64,000 bases of DNA, from assembly GCA_963754925.1 (NCBI GenBank), contig CAVWHX010000004.1:1312001-1376000 (forward strand). The letters run 5' to 3'. Positions 11,138 through 23,342 of this stretch are shown here, piece by piece. How positions within the stretch are numbered: position 1 is the first letter of the stretch; the number at the start of each line of letters is the position of its first letter. The translations under genes were made by a program, and so were the position numbers. The DNA comes from an uncultured delta proteobacterium. Its GTDB lineage: Bacteria > Myxococcota > B64-G9. Under the pieces are notes generated by a model. It worked only from the letters and a program-made list of their open reading frames with translations, had not been told where the DNA came from and did no database searches.

Positions 11138-12106
11138 ATGGCAAATAGTAAACTCAAGGTCGGAATATATTGGTGCGGGAGCTGCGGCGGATGCGATGTG
11201 GCGTTCGTAGATATCCACGAGAAGATCCTCGATGTGGTCCAAGTGGCGGAGGTGTTGTTCTGGCCGTGCGCCATGGATTTCAAGTACAAGGACGTCGAGG
11301 CCATGCCGGACGGCCATCTGGACATGGTGCTTCTGAATGGGTGCATCCGTAACTCGGAAAACGAGCATATCGCCAAGCTGCTCCGAAAAAAGACCAAGTA
11401 TCTGACGGCGTTTGGTTCGTGCGCGCACATGGGCGGTATCCCGGGCCTCGCCAACTTCTATGACCGTGCTGGGGTCTTTTCCAAGGCGTACCTCGAAAGC
11501 CCTTCGACGTATAACCCTGATAAGCTGGTGCCGCAGCGTGAGACCAAGGTGCCCGAGGGCACGCTGACGTTGCCTGAAATCTATGACACCGTCCGCACCC
11601 TGAATCAGGTGGTGGACGTCGATTTCTTCGTTCCCGGGTGCCCTCCCAATCCTGAACAGATTGCGATTGTGCTCGGCGCCGTGGCCGCCGGCAATCTCCC
11701 GCCGCGTAAATCGGTGCTGGGCGCTTCCACCAAAGCGTTGTGCGAGGAATGCCCCCGCAAGAAGGAAGAACTTAAATTCAAAGCCTTCAAGCGCCGCCAT
11801 TTGGTGCATCCGGATCCTGAAAAGTGTTTTCTCGAGCAGGGGATCGTATGCATCGGTTCGGCCACCCGCGCCGGATGCGGCTGGCGCTGCATTAATTCGA
11901 ACATGCCGTGCCGCGGCTGCTATGGGCCGCTTCCCAATGTCCAGGATCAGGGCGCCAAAATCCTCTCGGCGATCGCCAGCCATATTGACAGCGAGGACCC
12001 GGCGGAGGTCGAACGTATTCTCGACACGCTGCCGGACCCGGCCGGTTACTTTTATCGCTTCGGTCTGCCGCTATCGCTGCTGCAGCGCCGTCAACGTCAT
12101 GGTTGA
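11138..12106 (+). CDS. mvhG: NiFe hydrogenase small subunit (MvhG type)
   Basis: SCGGCD, FGSCAHMGGIPGL, PGCPP, CFLEQG.VC.G.ATRAGC...C.....PCRGCYGP. Confidence 0.9.
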   Translation: MANSKLKVGIYWCGSCGGCDVAFVDIHEKILDVVQVAEVLFWPCAMDFKYKDVEAMPDGHLDMVLLNGCIRNSENEHIAKLLRKKTKYLTAFGSCAHMGGIPGLANFYDRAGVFSKAYLESPSTYNPDKLVPQRETKVPEGTLTLPEIYDTVRTLNQVVDVDFFVPGCPPNPEQIAIVLGAVAAGNLPPRKSVLGASTKALCEECPRKKEELKFKAFKRRHLVHPDPEKCFLEQGIVCIGSATRAGCGWRCINSNMPCRGCYGPLPNVQDQGAKILSAIASHIDSEDPAEVERILDTLPDPAGYFYRFGLPLSLLQRRQRHG

Positions 12107-12124
12107 GATCAGGAGGTTTTTCGG

Positions 12125-13588
12125 ATGAAATCGGTAAGCATAGATCCGGTATCCCGTTTGGAAGGTCACGGCAAGATCGAGATATTCCTCGATGATAAGG
12201 ATGATGTGGCCAATGTATACTTACAAATCCCCGAACTGCGCGGTTTCGAACAGTTCTGCGTTGGACGACCGGTGGAGGAGGTGCCTCGTATTGTCACCCG
12301 CATCTGCGGCGTCTGCCCGGCGGCCCACCACATGGCTTCGGCCAAGGCCGTCGACGCGGTGTACCATGTCGAGATTCCATCGGCTGCGAAGAAACTACGT
12401 GAGCTGTTCTACAGCGTCTACTATGTGTACGATCACATTTTGCATTTCTACTATCTCGGCGGGCCGGATTTTGTCGTTGGTCCGACGGCGCCGGCGGCCG
12501 AACGCAACGTGCTCGGGGTGATCGCCAAAGTCGGGATCGAAATCGGTAAGAAGGTCATTGAGCACCGCCGCTATGCTCAGGACATGCAGATTCTCATGGC
12601 GGGTCGATCCACCCACCCGGTGTGGTGCATCGCCGGCGGGGTGAGCAAGGGCTTGAAGAAAGAAGACGTCGAACAACTTAAGGAAAAAGGCAAGAAGTGC
12701 CTCGAGTTTTGCGAATTCACCCTGAAGTTATTCGACGATGTAGTGCTCAAGAACAAAGCCTACGTTGATCTCATTCTCAGCCAGGGTTACCGGCTGGAAG
12801 TCGGCGACATGGGCCTCGTCGATGAGAAGAACCGCGTTAATTTTTATGACGGCAAAGTGCGGGTCAAGGACGCCGCTGGCCGCGAAGTGGCCAAATACGC
12901 TCCGGCCGAGTACCTTCAACACGTGGACGAGCACATCGAGCCGTACTCGTACCTCAAGTACCCCTACCTCAAGACGCGCGGTTGGAAGGGCATGGTCGAA
13001 GGCAAGGATTCGAGCATCTACCGCGCCATTCCACTTTCACGGCTCAATGTCGCCGACGGGATGGCCACACCCAAGGCGCAAGAGCACTACGAGAGCATGT
13101 ACAAAGTCCTCGGCGGCAAACCGGCCCACCAGACTCTGGCGATGCATTGGGCGCGGTTGATCGAATTACTGTATGCGGCCGAGCACTGGATGGAGATGGT
13201 CAATGATCCGGAGATCCTCTCGGATCAGATTCATACGATTCCGACCGCGACCCCCACCGAAGGCGTGGGCACGGTGGAGGCGCCGCGCGGTACGCTGACG
13301 CACCACTACACCACGGACGCCAACGGCATCGTGGTCAAAGCCAATCTGATTGTCGGCACGACCAACAATAACGCCCCCATCTCGATGTCGGTCAAAAAAG
13401 CCGCCCAACAGGTACTCAAGGGAAAGAAAAAAATCGAAGAAGGTTTATTGAATATGGTCGAGATGGCTTTCCGTGCCTATGACCCTTGCTTTAGCTGCGC
13501 CACGCACAGCCTGCCGGGTCAGATGCCGCTTGAGATTACCGTTCATAGCGTTGACGGAAGCATCCGTCACCACGTAAAGCGTGATTAG
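12125..13588 (+). CDS. mvhA: NiFe hydrogenase large subunit (MvhA type, group 3)
   Basis: RLEGHG, RICGVC (L1), EAPRG, RAYDPCFSCATH (L2) with cleavable C-terminal tail. Confidence 0.92.
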   Translation: MKSVSIDPVSRLEGHGKIEIFLDDKDDVANVYLQIPELRGFEQFCVGRPVEEVPRIVTRICGVCPAAHHMASAKAVDAVYHVEIPSAAKKLRELFYSVYYVYDHILHFYYLGGPDFVVGPTAPAAERNVLGVIAKVGIEIGKKVIEHRRYAQDMQILMAGRSTHPVWCIAGGVSKGLKKEDVEQLKEKGKKCLEFCEFTLKLFDDVVLKNKAYVDLILSQGYRLEVGDMGLVDEKNRVNFYDGKVRVKDAAGREVAKYAPAEYLQHVDEHIEPYSYLKYPYLKTRGWKGMVEGKDSSIYRAIPLSRLNVADGMATPKAQEHYESMYKVLGGKPAHQTLAMHWARLIELLYAAEHWMEMVNDPEILSDQIHTIPTATPTEGVGTVEAPRGTLTHHYTTDANGIVVKANLIVGTTNNNAPISMSVKKAAQQVLKGKKKIEEGLLNMVEMAFRAYDPCFSCATHSLPGQMPLEITVHSVDGSIRHHVKRD

Positions 13589-13649
13589 CAGAATGCTCCT
13601 CGTGGAGTTTCAGAAGAACCAACGGTTGTTGCAGGTTTTCTGCCATGTT

Positions 13650-13801
13650 GTCATCAGCCAAGCCGCACGGCCCCGCGAACCACGAAAGGGATAAGAGATT
13701 GTACGCAACGCTTCGCTTGCTACAATCTCTAAAGCGGGGATCCAGCTCGAGACGATTGCTAGGTTCCCAGCCAAGCCGCACAGCGCCTGCGCGGGAATGA
13801 C
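13650..13801. repeat. composite REP/MITE-like element containing hairpin repeat copy 3 (13688..13732)
   Basis: GTCAT...CCCCGCGAA...AGCGGGGATCC...GGTTCC...CGCCTGCGCGGGAATGAC scaffold with internal insertions. Confidence 0.65.
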
Positions 13802-13844
13802 GAGTTGAATGTCAATACCAAATGTTTTGGTGTGAGGTTGATCG

Positions 13845-14330
13845 GTGACACCTACACGGCCCCTCATTCTCGGCCTCGGTAACCCGATCTTGCGCGATGA
13901 TCGCGCCGGGTTGGAGATCGTCCGGGCTTTGCATGCACGCTTGCCGGCGGGCGCTGCGGATGTATGCGAGGCCTCGGTCGGTGGGATCGAGCTGCTTCAC
14001 CTGCTGGAAGGGCATGACCGTGTGCTGATCATTGATGCCCTTGAACCAGGGCATTTGCCACCGGGGGAGGTGCGGGAGATCCCACTTGCTCAACTAGCCC
14101 AGCAGTACACCCCGATCAGTCCCCATAACGCGGGTCTTTTGCATTGCCTTGAACTTGGTCGCATGTGCGGGATGCACATGCCCAGCGAGGTGCACGTTTT
14201 TGCAATCGGAATTTGCGACCCGTACACGTTCTCTGAAAGTTGTACCGATATCGTACAGGCTGCCCTGCCAGGGATAGTGAATCACATCTACGAGCAGGTT
14301 TTTTGCCCTCGCGGCTATTGGCCGATTTGA
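13845..14330 (+). CDS. hydrogenase maturation protease
   Basis: ILGLGNPILRDDRAG, LIIDA, SPH motifs; downstream of large subunit. Confidence 0.9.
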   Translation: MTPTRPLILGLGNPILRDDRAGLEIVRALHARLPAGAADVCEASVGGIELLHLLEGHDRVLIIDALEPGHLPPGEVREIPLAQLAQQYTPISPHNAGLLHCLELGRMCGMHMPSEVHVFAIGICDPYTFSESCTDIVQAALPGIVNHIYEQVFCPRGYWPI

Positions 14331-14501
14331 CATAAAGTTAGCGGCGCATTCCGGCTGCAGCATCTTTTAATGAATATGAGTGTATTCCATGAAGATTATT
14401 TCTTGACTTTCACGCTCAATATACTATTAATCTCTTTCCATTTCTGGGATGGCTGAAATTAACCTTTTGTTTTAAAAGCCTTTTTTGGAGGCGTGCTGCT
14501 C

Positions 14502-14693
14502 ATGGCTGGTGTGAAGGTTCGAGAGGGAGAGTCGTTCGAAAGCGCACTCAAGCGTTTCAAAAAGCAATGTGAGAAGGCGGGCATTTTATCCGAGGTACGG
14601 AAGCGTGAGCACTACGAAAAGCCGAGTGTTCGCAAGAAGAAAAAGGCATTGGCAGCAAAGAAGCGCGCGCTGAAGAAAATGCGACGGAGATAG
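14502..14693 (+). CDS. rpsU: 30S ribosomal protein S21
   Basis: [41 protein letters not shown] before ATG 14502. Confidence 0.97.
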   Translation: MAGVKVREGESFESALKRFKKQCEKAGILSEVRKREHYEKPSVRKKKKALAAKKRALKKMRRR

Positions 14694-14804
14694 CAGAGGA
14701 ATTTTGAGCGGATAGGAGTCTGATCTCTTTCCCGGTATAGACCAGCTCGTATCGCTCTGGTGGCTGGGTGTATACCCCGATACAAAAACCACGTGGAGGA
14801 ATCG

Positions 14805-16604
14805 GTGGCCCCAGCTTCACGTGAAGAGGTGGTCGAGACGGTTCGCCAAAGAACCGATATCGTCGAATTGATTAGCCGCTATGTAAAGCTGAAAAAAGCC
14901 GGTAAGAACTACCTCGGCCTGTGCCCCTTCCATGCGGAAAAGACACCCTCGTTCACCGTCAGCCCGAGCAGAAACTTTTTTCACTGCTTTGGTTGTAAGG
15001 AATCCGGCGATGTTTTTTCATTTCTCATGAAGATGGAAGGCAAAAGCTTCGCTGAAGCGCTGGGTGAGTTAGCTGGCCGTGCCGGGATTGCTCTCCCGCA
15101 GTTTGATCCCCGTAAAGCTCAGGCGCGCGAGTCGAACGAGCGTTTGCTGCGTCTCAACGAAACCGCTGCTGCGTTTTATGAACAAGCTCTCTGGCAATCC
15201 GCGGCAAACGGTGGTCGCGATTACCTTGCCAATCGTAAACTGCCGGAGGAATGTGCCCGCACGTTCCGATTGGGATTCGCCCCAGCCGGTTGGCACAACC
15301 TAACCAATTACCTTAAGAAAAGCAGACAGAACCTCGACGACGCCGTCCAGCTTGGATTGCTCGCTCAGGGCAGTCACGGACCGTATGACGTATTTCGCGA
15401 TCGCCTCATGTTTCCGATTATTGGTTTGGATGGCAAGGTGCATGGCTTTGGCGCCCGTAAGCTTTCCGACAGCGATGAGGGCCCCAAGTATATAAATTCC
15501 CGCCAGAGTCCCATTTTCGATAAGAGCGAGATGTTCTATGGACTGTACCAGGCCCGCAGCGCTATTAACACCAAAGGCGAGGTGCTCGTCGTTGAAGGCT
15601 ACTTTGATGTATTGATGCCGGTTACAGGCGGCGTCGAACACATCGTAGCCACCTGCGGTACGGCGCTTACCGTCTCCCATGTGCAGGCGCTGAGGCGGTT
15701 GTGTCAGCGGGTTATAAACGTCTATGATGCCGATGCTGCTGGCATCAAAGGCTCCTTTAGAGCAGCCGAGTTATCGTTGGCCGAGGACCTATCACCCTAT
15801 ATGGTGACGCTGCCTCAAGGTGAAGATCCGGATTCGTTTGTCCGTTCCCACGGCGCCGCGGCGTTTGCTGCGCTGATTGCTGCGAGCCGGCCGGTGCTGG
15901 ATGTCCTTGCCGAACAAGTGCTGGCCGAATGCAGATCGGATAGCGTTGCCCGTGCGCGCGGGGTCGAGCGGCTCGTGCCGTTGCTCGTCGCCTGCCGCAA
16001 CGATGTTCAGTTGGGGAGTTATCTGACCATGCTTGCTGAGCGATTTAAGATAGGTGAGCATGAATTACGCGCGGCGGTTCATAAGCGTCGTCGCCTGTCG
16101 GCACTCCCGCCAACGCAGGCCCCGTTCGCTTCCGTGCCTGCGGAACATAGTGAGGTTCTCACGAAGGATGAGGAGATCTGCCTCGCGCTCCTGCTCCTCT
16201 TTCCGAAGCTGCGGCGGCGGGTGATCGGTAGCGCTGCGCTCAATCATTTCAGCAAGGGGCTGACCCGCGATCTGCTCATGCGCATCTTGGAATCAGGAAC
16301 CGAGCGCACGACGGCCGCCTGGTTGAGTGAAGTGGAAGACGACGGGTTGCGCAAGCGTTTATCGGCTCGGTTAATGGACGATAGCAAAACTGAAGAGGTG
16401 GCTCACCAGGATCTCGCTGGCTGCCTCATGAAAATACAATTGCGCTACCTGCGAGCGGAACAGCAGCGATTCACCGCGTTAGTTGATCAGGCGCAGCGTG
16501 AGGATCGTCCGGAACAGGCCAAGGAACTTCAAAACAGCAAGAAACTCGTAAATGAAGAGATCATCAAGCTGAGTTCCGTCGTAAAAGGGGCCCGAAGTTT
16601 GTGA
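14805..16604 (+). CDS. dnaG: DNA primase
   Basis: CPFHAEKTPSF..CFGC zinc finger, KYINS, VEGYFD, YDAD.AG, DPD; start chosen after GGAGGA. Confidence 0.96.
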   Translation: MAPASREEVVETVRQRTDIVELISRYVKLKKAGKNYLGLCPFHAEKTPSFTVSPSRNFFHCFGCKESGDVFSFLMKMEGKSFAEALGELAGRAGIALPQFDPRKAQARESNERLLRLNETAAAFYEQALWQSAANGGRDYLANRKLPEECARTFRLGFAPAGWHNLTNYLKKSRQNLDDAVQLGLLAQGSHGPYDVFRDRLMFPIIGLDGKVHGFGARKLSDSDEGPKYINSRQSPIFDKSEMFYGLYQARSAINTKGEVLVVEGYFDVLMPVTGGVEHIVATCGTALTVSHVQALRRLCQRVINVYDADAAGIKGSFRAAELSLAEDLSPYMVTLPQGEDPDSFVRSHGAAAFAALIAASRPVLDVLAEQVLAECRSDSVARARGVERLVPLLVACRNDVQLGSYLTMLAERFKIGEHELRAAVHKRRRLSALPPTQAPFASVPAEHSEVLTKDEEICLALLLLFPKLRRRVIGSAALNHFSKGLTRDLLMRILESGTERTTAAWLSEVEDDGLRKRLSARLMDDSKTEEVAHQDLAGCLMKIQLRYLRAEQQRFTALVDQAQREDRPEQAKELQNSKKLVNEEIIKLSSVVKGARSL

Positions 16605-16685
16605 TCCGTGAAGAATTTCGGCAAAGTCGATGCAGATGGGAAGCTGTTGAACCCGGCGAAGCGGCGTATCTGTGGAGAAAAGCCA

Positions 16686-18785
<2,100 letters not shown>

Positions 18786-18829
18786 GTAATAGATAATGAG
18801 ATTGAATAAGGAGCTCGAATCAGATTGTT

Positions 18830-18903
18830 GGGCCCATAGCTCAGCTGGTCAGAGCCGCCGGCTCATAACCGGAAGGTCCCAGGTTCGAATCCTGGTGGGC
18901 CCA
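18830..18903 (+). tRNA. tRNA with CAT anticodon, probably tRNA-Ile2 (lysidine-modified); CCA not encoded
   Basis: Acceptor GGGCCCA/TGGGCCC, D arm GCTCAGCTGGTCAGAGC, anticodon loop CTCATAA, T loop GGTTCGAATCC; Ile2 rather than Met is inferred from the stem sequence and position after rpoD. Confidence 0.92.
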
Positions 18904-19181
18904 TTCTATGTCCATGGATTGGATTAGTGAGAGGTCTTTTCAGTGTTAATTAGTTTGCAGGAGGGTTCCAATCTACTTTTTAATGTTTTTTTATTGACAG
19001 GCGCACGCCGGGAGATTAGTTTCCCCCGCATGTATGTGGCTGACAAGGCAAGGTGTCCGGGAGTTCACTATTCATGTGAGGTCTCCCGGGAACCTCGCAA
19101 GGTTACGGGTACTATCGAATGCGTCCGAACTTCTTCGGGCGCATTTTTCGTTTTGGGGGCTGACCAAGAAAGGCGATCTAC

Positions 19182-19913
19182 GTGACACCCCTGTTAAATC
19201 TGAAAGCCTTGGTTGCGCTCCAGGCCATCGACGTGCGGATTCGCGACCTGGAAAAGGACAATCAACATATTCCCGTTCGGTTGAAGCAAATTGAAGAGAT
19301 CCTTACGAAACAGCGAGGAGAACTCAGCAGCCAGCGTAATGCGCTCGACGAGGCCGAGATGGCGCGCCGGCTTCTGGAGAGCGATTTGAAGGCCGAAAAG
19401 GATAAAATAAAAAAATGGGAATCACGGCTCAATGAGCTGAGGAATAATCGTGATTACCAGGCGCTCTCACGCGAGATCGAGGCAGCGCGCAAGGCCAACC
19501 TAGGTATCGAAGATGAGATTTTACGCAAGATGCAGGAAATCGAAGATCTCAAAGCCAGTTCAACCACGGTCGCCGAAGAACTCGTGAGGCTCGAACAGGA
19601 GCTTTCAGCCGAACGCACGCAACTCGAGCAACGGTTGCGGATGGTCAATGAGCAGATTGCCGGGGAAGAAGGGGGACGTCGGCAGGCGATAGAGAAGATT
19701 GAACCGCGCTGGTTCAAGCAATACGAGATGATCCGCAAGCGCCGGGACGGGGTGGCGGTGGTGCCCACCCTGGACGAGCATTGCCAGGGATGTTATATGG
19801 GCATTCCGCCACAGCTCTATAACATCGTCCTCAAGGGCCAGGAGATTGAAACCTGCCCGCATTGCCACCGAATCATCTATTACGAGGCTTCCCTCAAAGA
19901 CCTACCGGATTAA
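19182..19913 (+). CDS. coiled-coil C4 zinc-ribbon protein (DUF164 type)
   Basis: Long coiled coil then CQGC...CPHCHRIIY; usual neighbour of RNase HI. Confidence 0.9.
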   Translation: MTPLLNLKALVALQAIDVRIRDLEKDNQHIPVRLKQIEEILTKQRGELSSQRNALDEAEMARRLLESDLKAEKDKIKKWESRLNELRNNRDYQALSREIEAARKANLGIEDEILRKMQEIEDLKASSTTVAEELVRLEQELSAERTQLEQRLRMVNEQIAGEEGGRRQAIEKIEPRWFKQYEMIRKRRDGVAVVPTLDEHCQGCYMGIPPQLYNIVLKGQEIETCPHCHRIIYYEASLKDLPD

Positions 19914-19916
19914 TCT

Positions 19917-20333
19917 ATGGAGCCGCAGGGACGCGGAGAGGTTAAACTGTACACCGATGGCGCCGCACGCGGTAACCCGGGTCCAGCCGGTGCGGGCGTC
20001 TACATTACGGATGCAACCGATCAGGTATTGATCGAAAAAGCGGTGTATTTGGGCGAAACCACCAATAATGTGGCCGAGTACCAGGCCCTGCTCATCGGCC
20101 TTGAGCTCTCCTTGCAACTTTCACCGCAGCGGCTGTTAGTGCAGATGGACTCAGAGTTGATCGTACGACAGCTCTCCGGTCGCTATCGTGTCACCAGCCC
20201 GCGCTTGGTACCGCTGTACCGCCGTGCCCGCGAATTGCTCGCCTCTTTTAGAGAAACGCGCATCGTGCATATTCCGCGCGAAAAAAACCGCAAAGCCGAT
20301 CGCCTTTCCAATCAAGCGATTGATCAACATTAG
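19917..20333 (+). CDS. rnhA: ribonuclease HI family protein
   Basis: YTDGAARGNPGPAG, TNNVAEY, DSELIV, REKN..AD. Confidence 0.92.
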   Translation: MEPQGRGEVKLYTDGAARGNPGPAGAGVYITDATDQVLIEKAVYLGETTNNVAEYQALLIGLELSLQLSPQRLLVQMDSELIVRQLSGRYRVTSPRLVPLYRRARELLASFRETRIVHIPREKNRKADRLSNQAIDQH

Positions 20334-20428
20334 CATCATCAGTTTCCGCACGCTATACATAACGATATAATTCCACTGAATACAGAGCGACAGAACAAAG
20401 CAGACCAAGGAACGACGAAGGCGGGGAA

Positions 20429-20546
20429 TTAGAGACTGTTAGCGAGCGAAGCGAGCGTTACAGTCTCTAATCCCTTTTGGGGCGAGGCGTATAATCCCCT
20501 TCGGGGATAAGAGCCTGTAACTCCCTTCGGTCGTAACAGGCTCTAA
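20429..20546. repeat. intergenic hairpin repeat, copies 4 and 5 in inverted arrangement
   Basis: 20429..20474 forward copy; 20503..20546 reverse copy with GAGCCTG/CAGGCTC stem. Confidence 0.85.
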
Positions 20547-20804
20547 ACGTACACCGCAGTGACGAGGCGAGGAAGCGACGAAGAGTATACCATTGCTTTT
20601 CATAACATGTGCTTAACTATAGATGGTTGCGATACCTTTATGGAAATGACGGTATACGAGCGGCAATGGTACGGGCGGACCTTCACAATTAATTATTGGA
20701 GCCGCCCAGTGCGAAGTTATGTCGCTTTGTATAGCATTGGTTAACTTGCCGGGGTGCGGGGATAGGGCTAAAATTCCAAGCACAAGAAAGGTAGCGGCCA
20801 GCGG

Positions 20805-22010
20805 ATGACAAATCTGGAGAAGAAACAACGGCGAGTGGTGGTTGTAGTGCTCGACAGCGCCGGCATTGGCGAACTGCCCGATGCGGCTTCATACGGCGAC
20901 GTTGGCGCGGCCACGCTCCAACATACCGCCGAAGCGGTTGGCGGACTAACGGTCCCTCATCTTGAGGCGCTTGGCCTGGGAAACATAGCCCCCATAATGG
21001 GCGTAGCCGCCGTACCAGCGCCACAAGGATATGTCGGTAAAATGGCGGAGGTTTCCCTTGGCAAGGACACTACCACCGGCCATTGGGAGTTGATGGGGCT
21101 CATCATCAAGAATGCCTTTAGGACTTTTCCTTCTGGTTTTCCGGCTGAATTGATCGAAAAATTTGTGTCGGCGACGGGGCATGGGGTGCTCGGCAACAAG
21201 ACAGCTTCGGGAACGGTCATCATTGATGAGCTTGGCGCAGAGCACCTGGCAACCGGCAAGTGGATCCTCTACACTTCAGCCGATAGCGTCTTTCAGATAG
21301 CGGCGCACGAGGAGAAGATTCCGTTGGCTGAGTTATACAAGGCCTGCGAAACTGCTCGAGAGCTTGCCAACCCCTACCGCATTGGTCGGGTCATCGCTCG
21401 TCCCTTTGTCGGCAAGCCCGGATCGTTTCTCCGCACCCCTCACCGGCACGATTACTCGATGCTGCCAATAGGCCCGACCGTCTTGACGGCGCTGGAATCG
21501 GCCGGCATACCCGTGGTTGGAATCGGCAAGATTCACGATATTTACGCAGGCGTCGGCGTCAGCCGCTCGTACTCGATACGGGATAACGCCGATGGTTTGG
21601 CTCGCTCGCTTGCGCTGCTATCAGAACTGAGGTACGGGCTGCTGATGGTGAACTTAGTGGATTTTGATATGCAATTCGGTCACCGGCGCGATGCGTCCGG
21701 CTACGCCCGTGCCCTGCAGGAATTTGACCAGGCGCTGCCTCGCATCATGGCTGTCCTCGAACAAGGCGATCTCTTGGTGCTGACGGCGGACCACGGATGT
21801 GACCCGACCTTTACGGCGCACACCGACCACACCCGAGAGTATGTTCCCCTTGTAGTTTGGTCGCCGAGCTTACGGACCGGCGGGTCGCTGGGAATACGCG
21901 CGTGCTTCGCGGATGTTGGCGCCACGGTTGCGGCGGCCTTTGGGATTGATTGGCATGGCGCTGGAAAGAGCTTCTTGCCAGAACTTGCCGGGGTGGGGGA
22001 GACGCGATGA
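20805..22010 (+). CDS. deoB: phosphopentomutase
   Basis: VLDSAGIG, GKDTTTGHWE, YTSADSVFQIAAHE, NLVDFD..GHRRD, TADHGCDP, DHTREY. Confidence 0.96.
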   Translation: MTNLEKKQRRVVVVVLDSAGIGELPDAASYGDVGAATLQHTAEAVGGLTVPHLEALGLGNIAPIMGVAAVPAPQGYVGKMAEVSLGKDTTTGHWELMGLIIKNAFRTFPSGFPAELIEKFVSATGHGVLGNKTASGTVIIDELGAEHLATGKWILYTSADSVFQIAAHEEKIPLAELYKACETARELANPYRIGRVIARPFVGKPGSFLRTPHRHDYSMLPIGPTVLTALESAGIPVVGIGKIHDIYAGVGVSRSYSIRDNADGLARSLALLSELRYGLLMVNLVDFDMQFGHRRDASGYARALQEFDQALPRIMAVLEQGDLLVLTADHGCDPTFTAHTDHTREYVPLVVWSPSLRTGGSLGIRACFADVGATVAAAFGIDWHGAGKSFLPELAGVGETR

Positions 22011-23317
22011 GGATGTATGATATCATTCGCAAGAAACGCGACCGCGTGACCCTCACGCAAGAGGAGCTGCATTACTTTATCAAGGGGTGCACGACAGGCC
22101 AAATCCCCGATTACCAAGCGTCGGCCTTGCTTATGGCTATCTACCTCAACGGTATGTCAGAGGCTGAGATCGTGGCCTTGACCAACGAGATGTTGCATTC
22201 GGGTGAAATACTCGATTGGTCGGCGTTACCTGGCCGCAAGGTGGATAAGCATTCAACCGGCGGGGTGGGCGATGCCACCTCGTTGATCCTTGCCCCGATT
22301 GTAGCCGCCGCGGGGGTGTATATTCCTATGATCTCCGGTCGTGGACTCGGGCATACCGGGGGTACCCTTGATAAGCTGGAGTCGATACCCGGTATGAACG
22401 TGCGACTGAGCGTGCAGCAGATCCGTGACGTGCTTACCGCCACCCATCTCTGCTTTGCCGGCCAAACTTCGGAGATTACGCCAGCGGATCGTAAGCTATA
22501 TGCCCTGCGCGACGTAACCGCCACTATCGAGAGTATTCCCTTGATCGCCTCGAGCATTCTCTCCAAGAAACTGGCCGAGGGAATCGACGCGCTGGTATTT
22601 GATGTCAAAGTTGGCGGCGGCGCTTTCATGAAGAGGCATGCCGATGCCCTGGCCCTGGCGCGCACCTTGGTGCGAATTGGCACGAACGCCGGAAAAAAAA
22701 TTGTGGCATTGATTACCGACATGGAGCAGCCACTTGGCACTCATATTGGGAATACCTTGGAAGTGATCGATTCGGTCAAAATACTGCAGGGACAGAGTAC
22801 GTCTGCGTTGGCGACCCTGTCGTATGAGCTCGCCGCCCACTTGTTGGTCTTGGGCGAGGTCGCTGCGACGATGCCGCAAGCCCGGCGACGCGTGCGAGAG
22901 CTGATCCAGCGCGGTTTGGCCTATCGCAAGTTCCAAGAGGTCGTGGCGGCCCAAGGCGGCGATGTGCAGGCGTTGGAAAACCCCCCGCGCTTACCCACCG
23001 CCCACCGCACGGAAACGGTCGTCGCCGCCACGCGCGGATACGTCCAACGCATCGACGCCGAAGCGATTGGAGTCGCGGGAATGCTGTTGGGTGCGGGTCG
23101 CGCGACGGTGGAGGCCACGATTGACCATGGCGCTGGGATCGTGCTGCATAGCGTCGTTGGTGATCAGGTAGAAGCGGGAAGCCACGTGGCGACGTTGTAT
23201 TTCAATGACGCATCGGGTAAAGATGAGGCCCGTGAACGAGTGGCGGCGGCGTTTGTCATTGGCGCGGAACCACCGCCAAAAACAAAGCTCATCCGCCGGA
23301 TTATTGCGGAGGAGTAA
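22007..23317 (+). CDS. pdp: pyrimidine-nucleoside (thymidine) phosphorylase
   Basis: DKHSTGGVGD, SGRGLGHTGGTLDKLE, SKKLAEG; ATGA overlap with deoB. Confidence 0.94.
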   Translation: MRMYDIIRKKRDRVTLTQEELHYFIKGCTTGQIPDYQASALLMAIYLNGMSEAEIVALTNEMLHSGEILDWSALPGRKVDKHSTGGVGDATSLILAPIVAAAGVYIPMISGRGLGHTGGTLDKLESIPGMNVRLSVQQIRDVLTATHLCFAGQTSEITPADRKLYALRDVTATIESIPLIASSILSKKLAEGIDALVFDVKVGGGAFMKRHADALALARTLVRIGTNAGKKIVALITDMEQPLGTHIGNTLEVIDSVKILQGQSTSALATLSYELAAHLLVLGEVAATMPQARRRVRELIQRGLAYRKFQEVVAAQGGDVQALENPPRLPTAHRTETVVAATRGYVQRIDAEAIGVAGMLLGAGRATVEATIDHGAGIVLHSVVGDQVEAGSHVATLYFNDASGKDEARERVAAAFVIGAEPPPKTKLIRRIIAEE

Positions 23318-23342
23318 GAAACCGGTGGCAAGGGGAGCACCC

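Noticed and set aside
10615..13588. Selenocysteine recoding in Mvh subunits
   Set aside because: Relevant positions are Cys (GDCHY, DPCFSC) and there is no in-frame TGA
18830..18903. tRNA as an integration site for the accessory region
   Set aside because: Housekeeping genes follow, and I saw no integrase or duplicated tRNA 3' end
20333..20805. RNase P RNA after RNase HI
   Set aside because: The conserved GAGGAAAGTCC motif was not found; the interval holds the hairpin repeats
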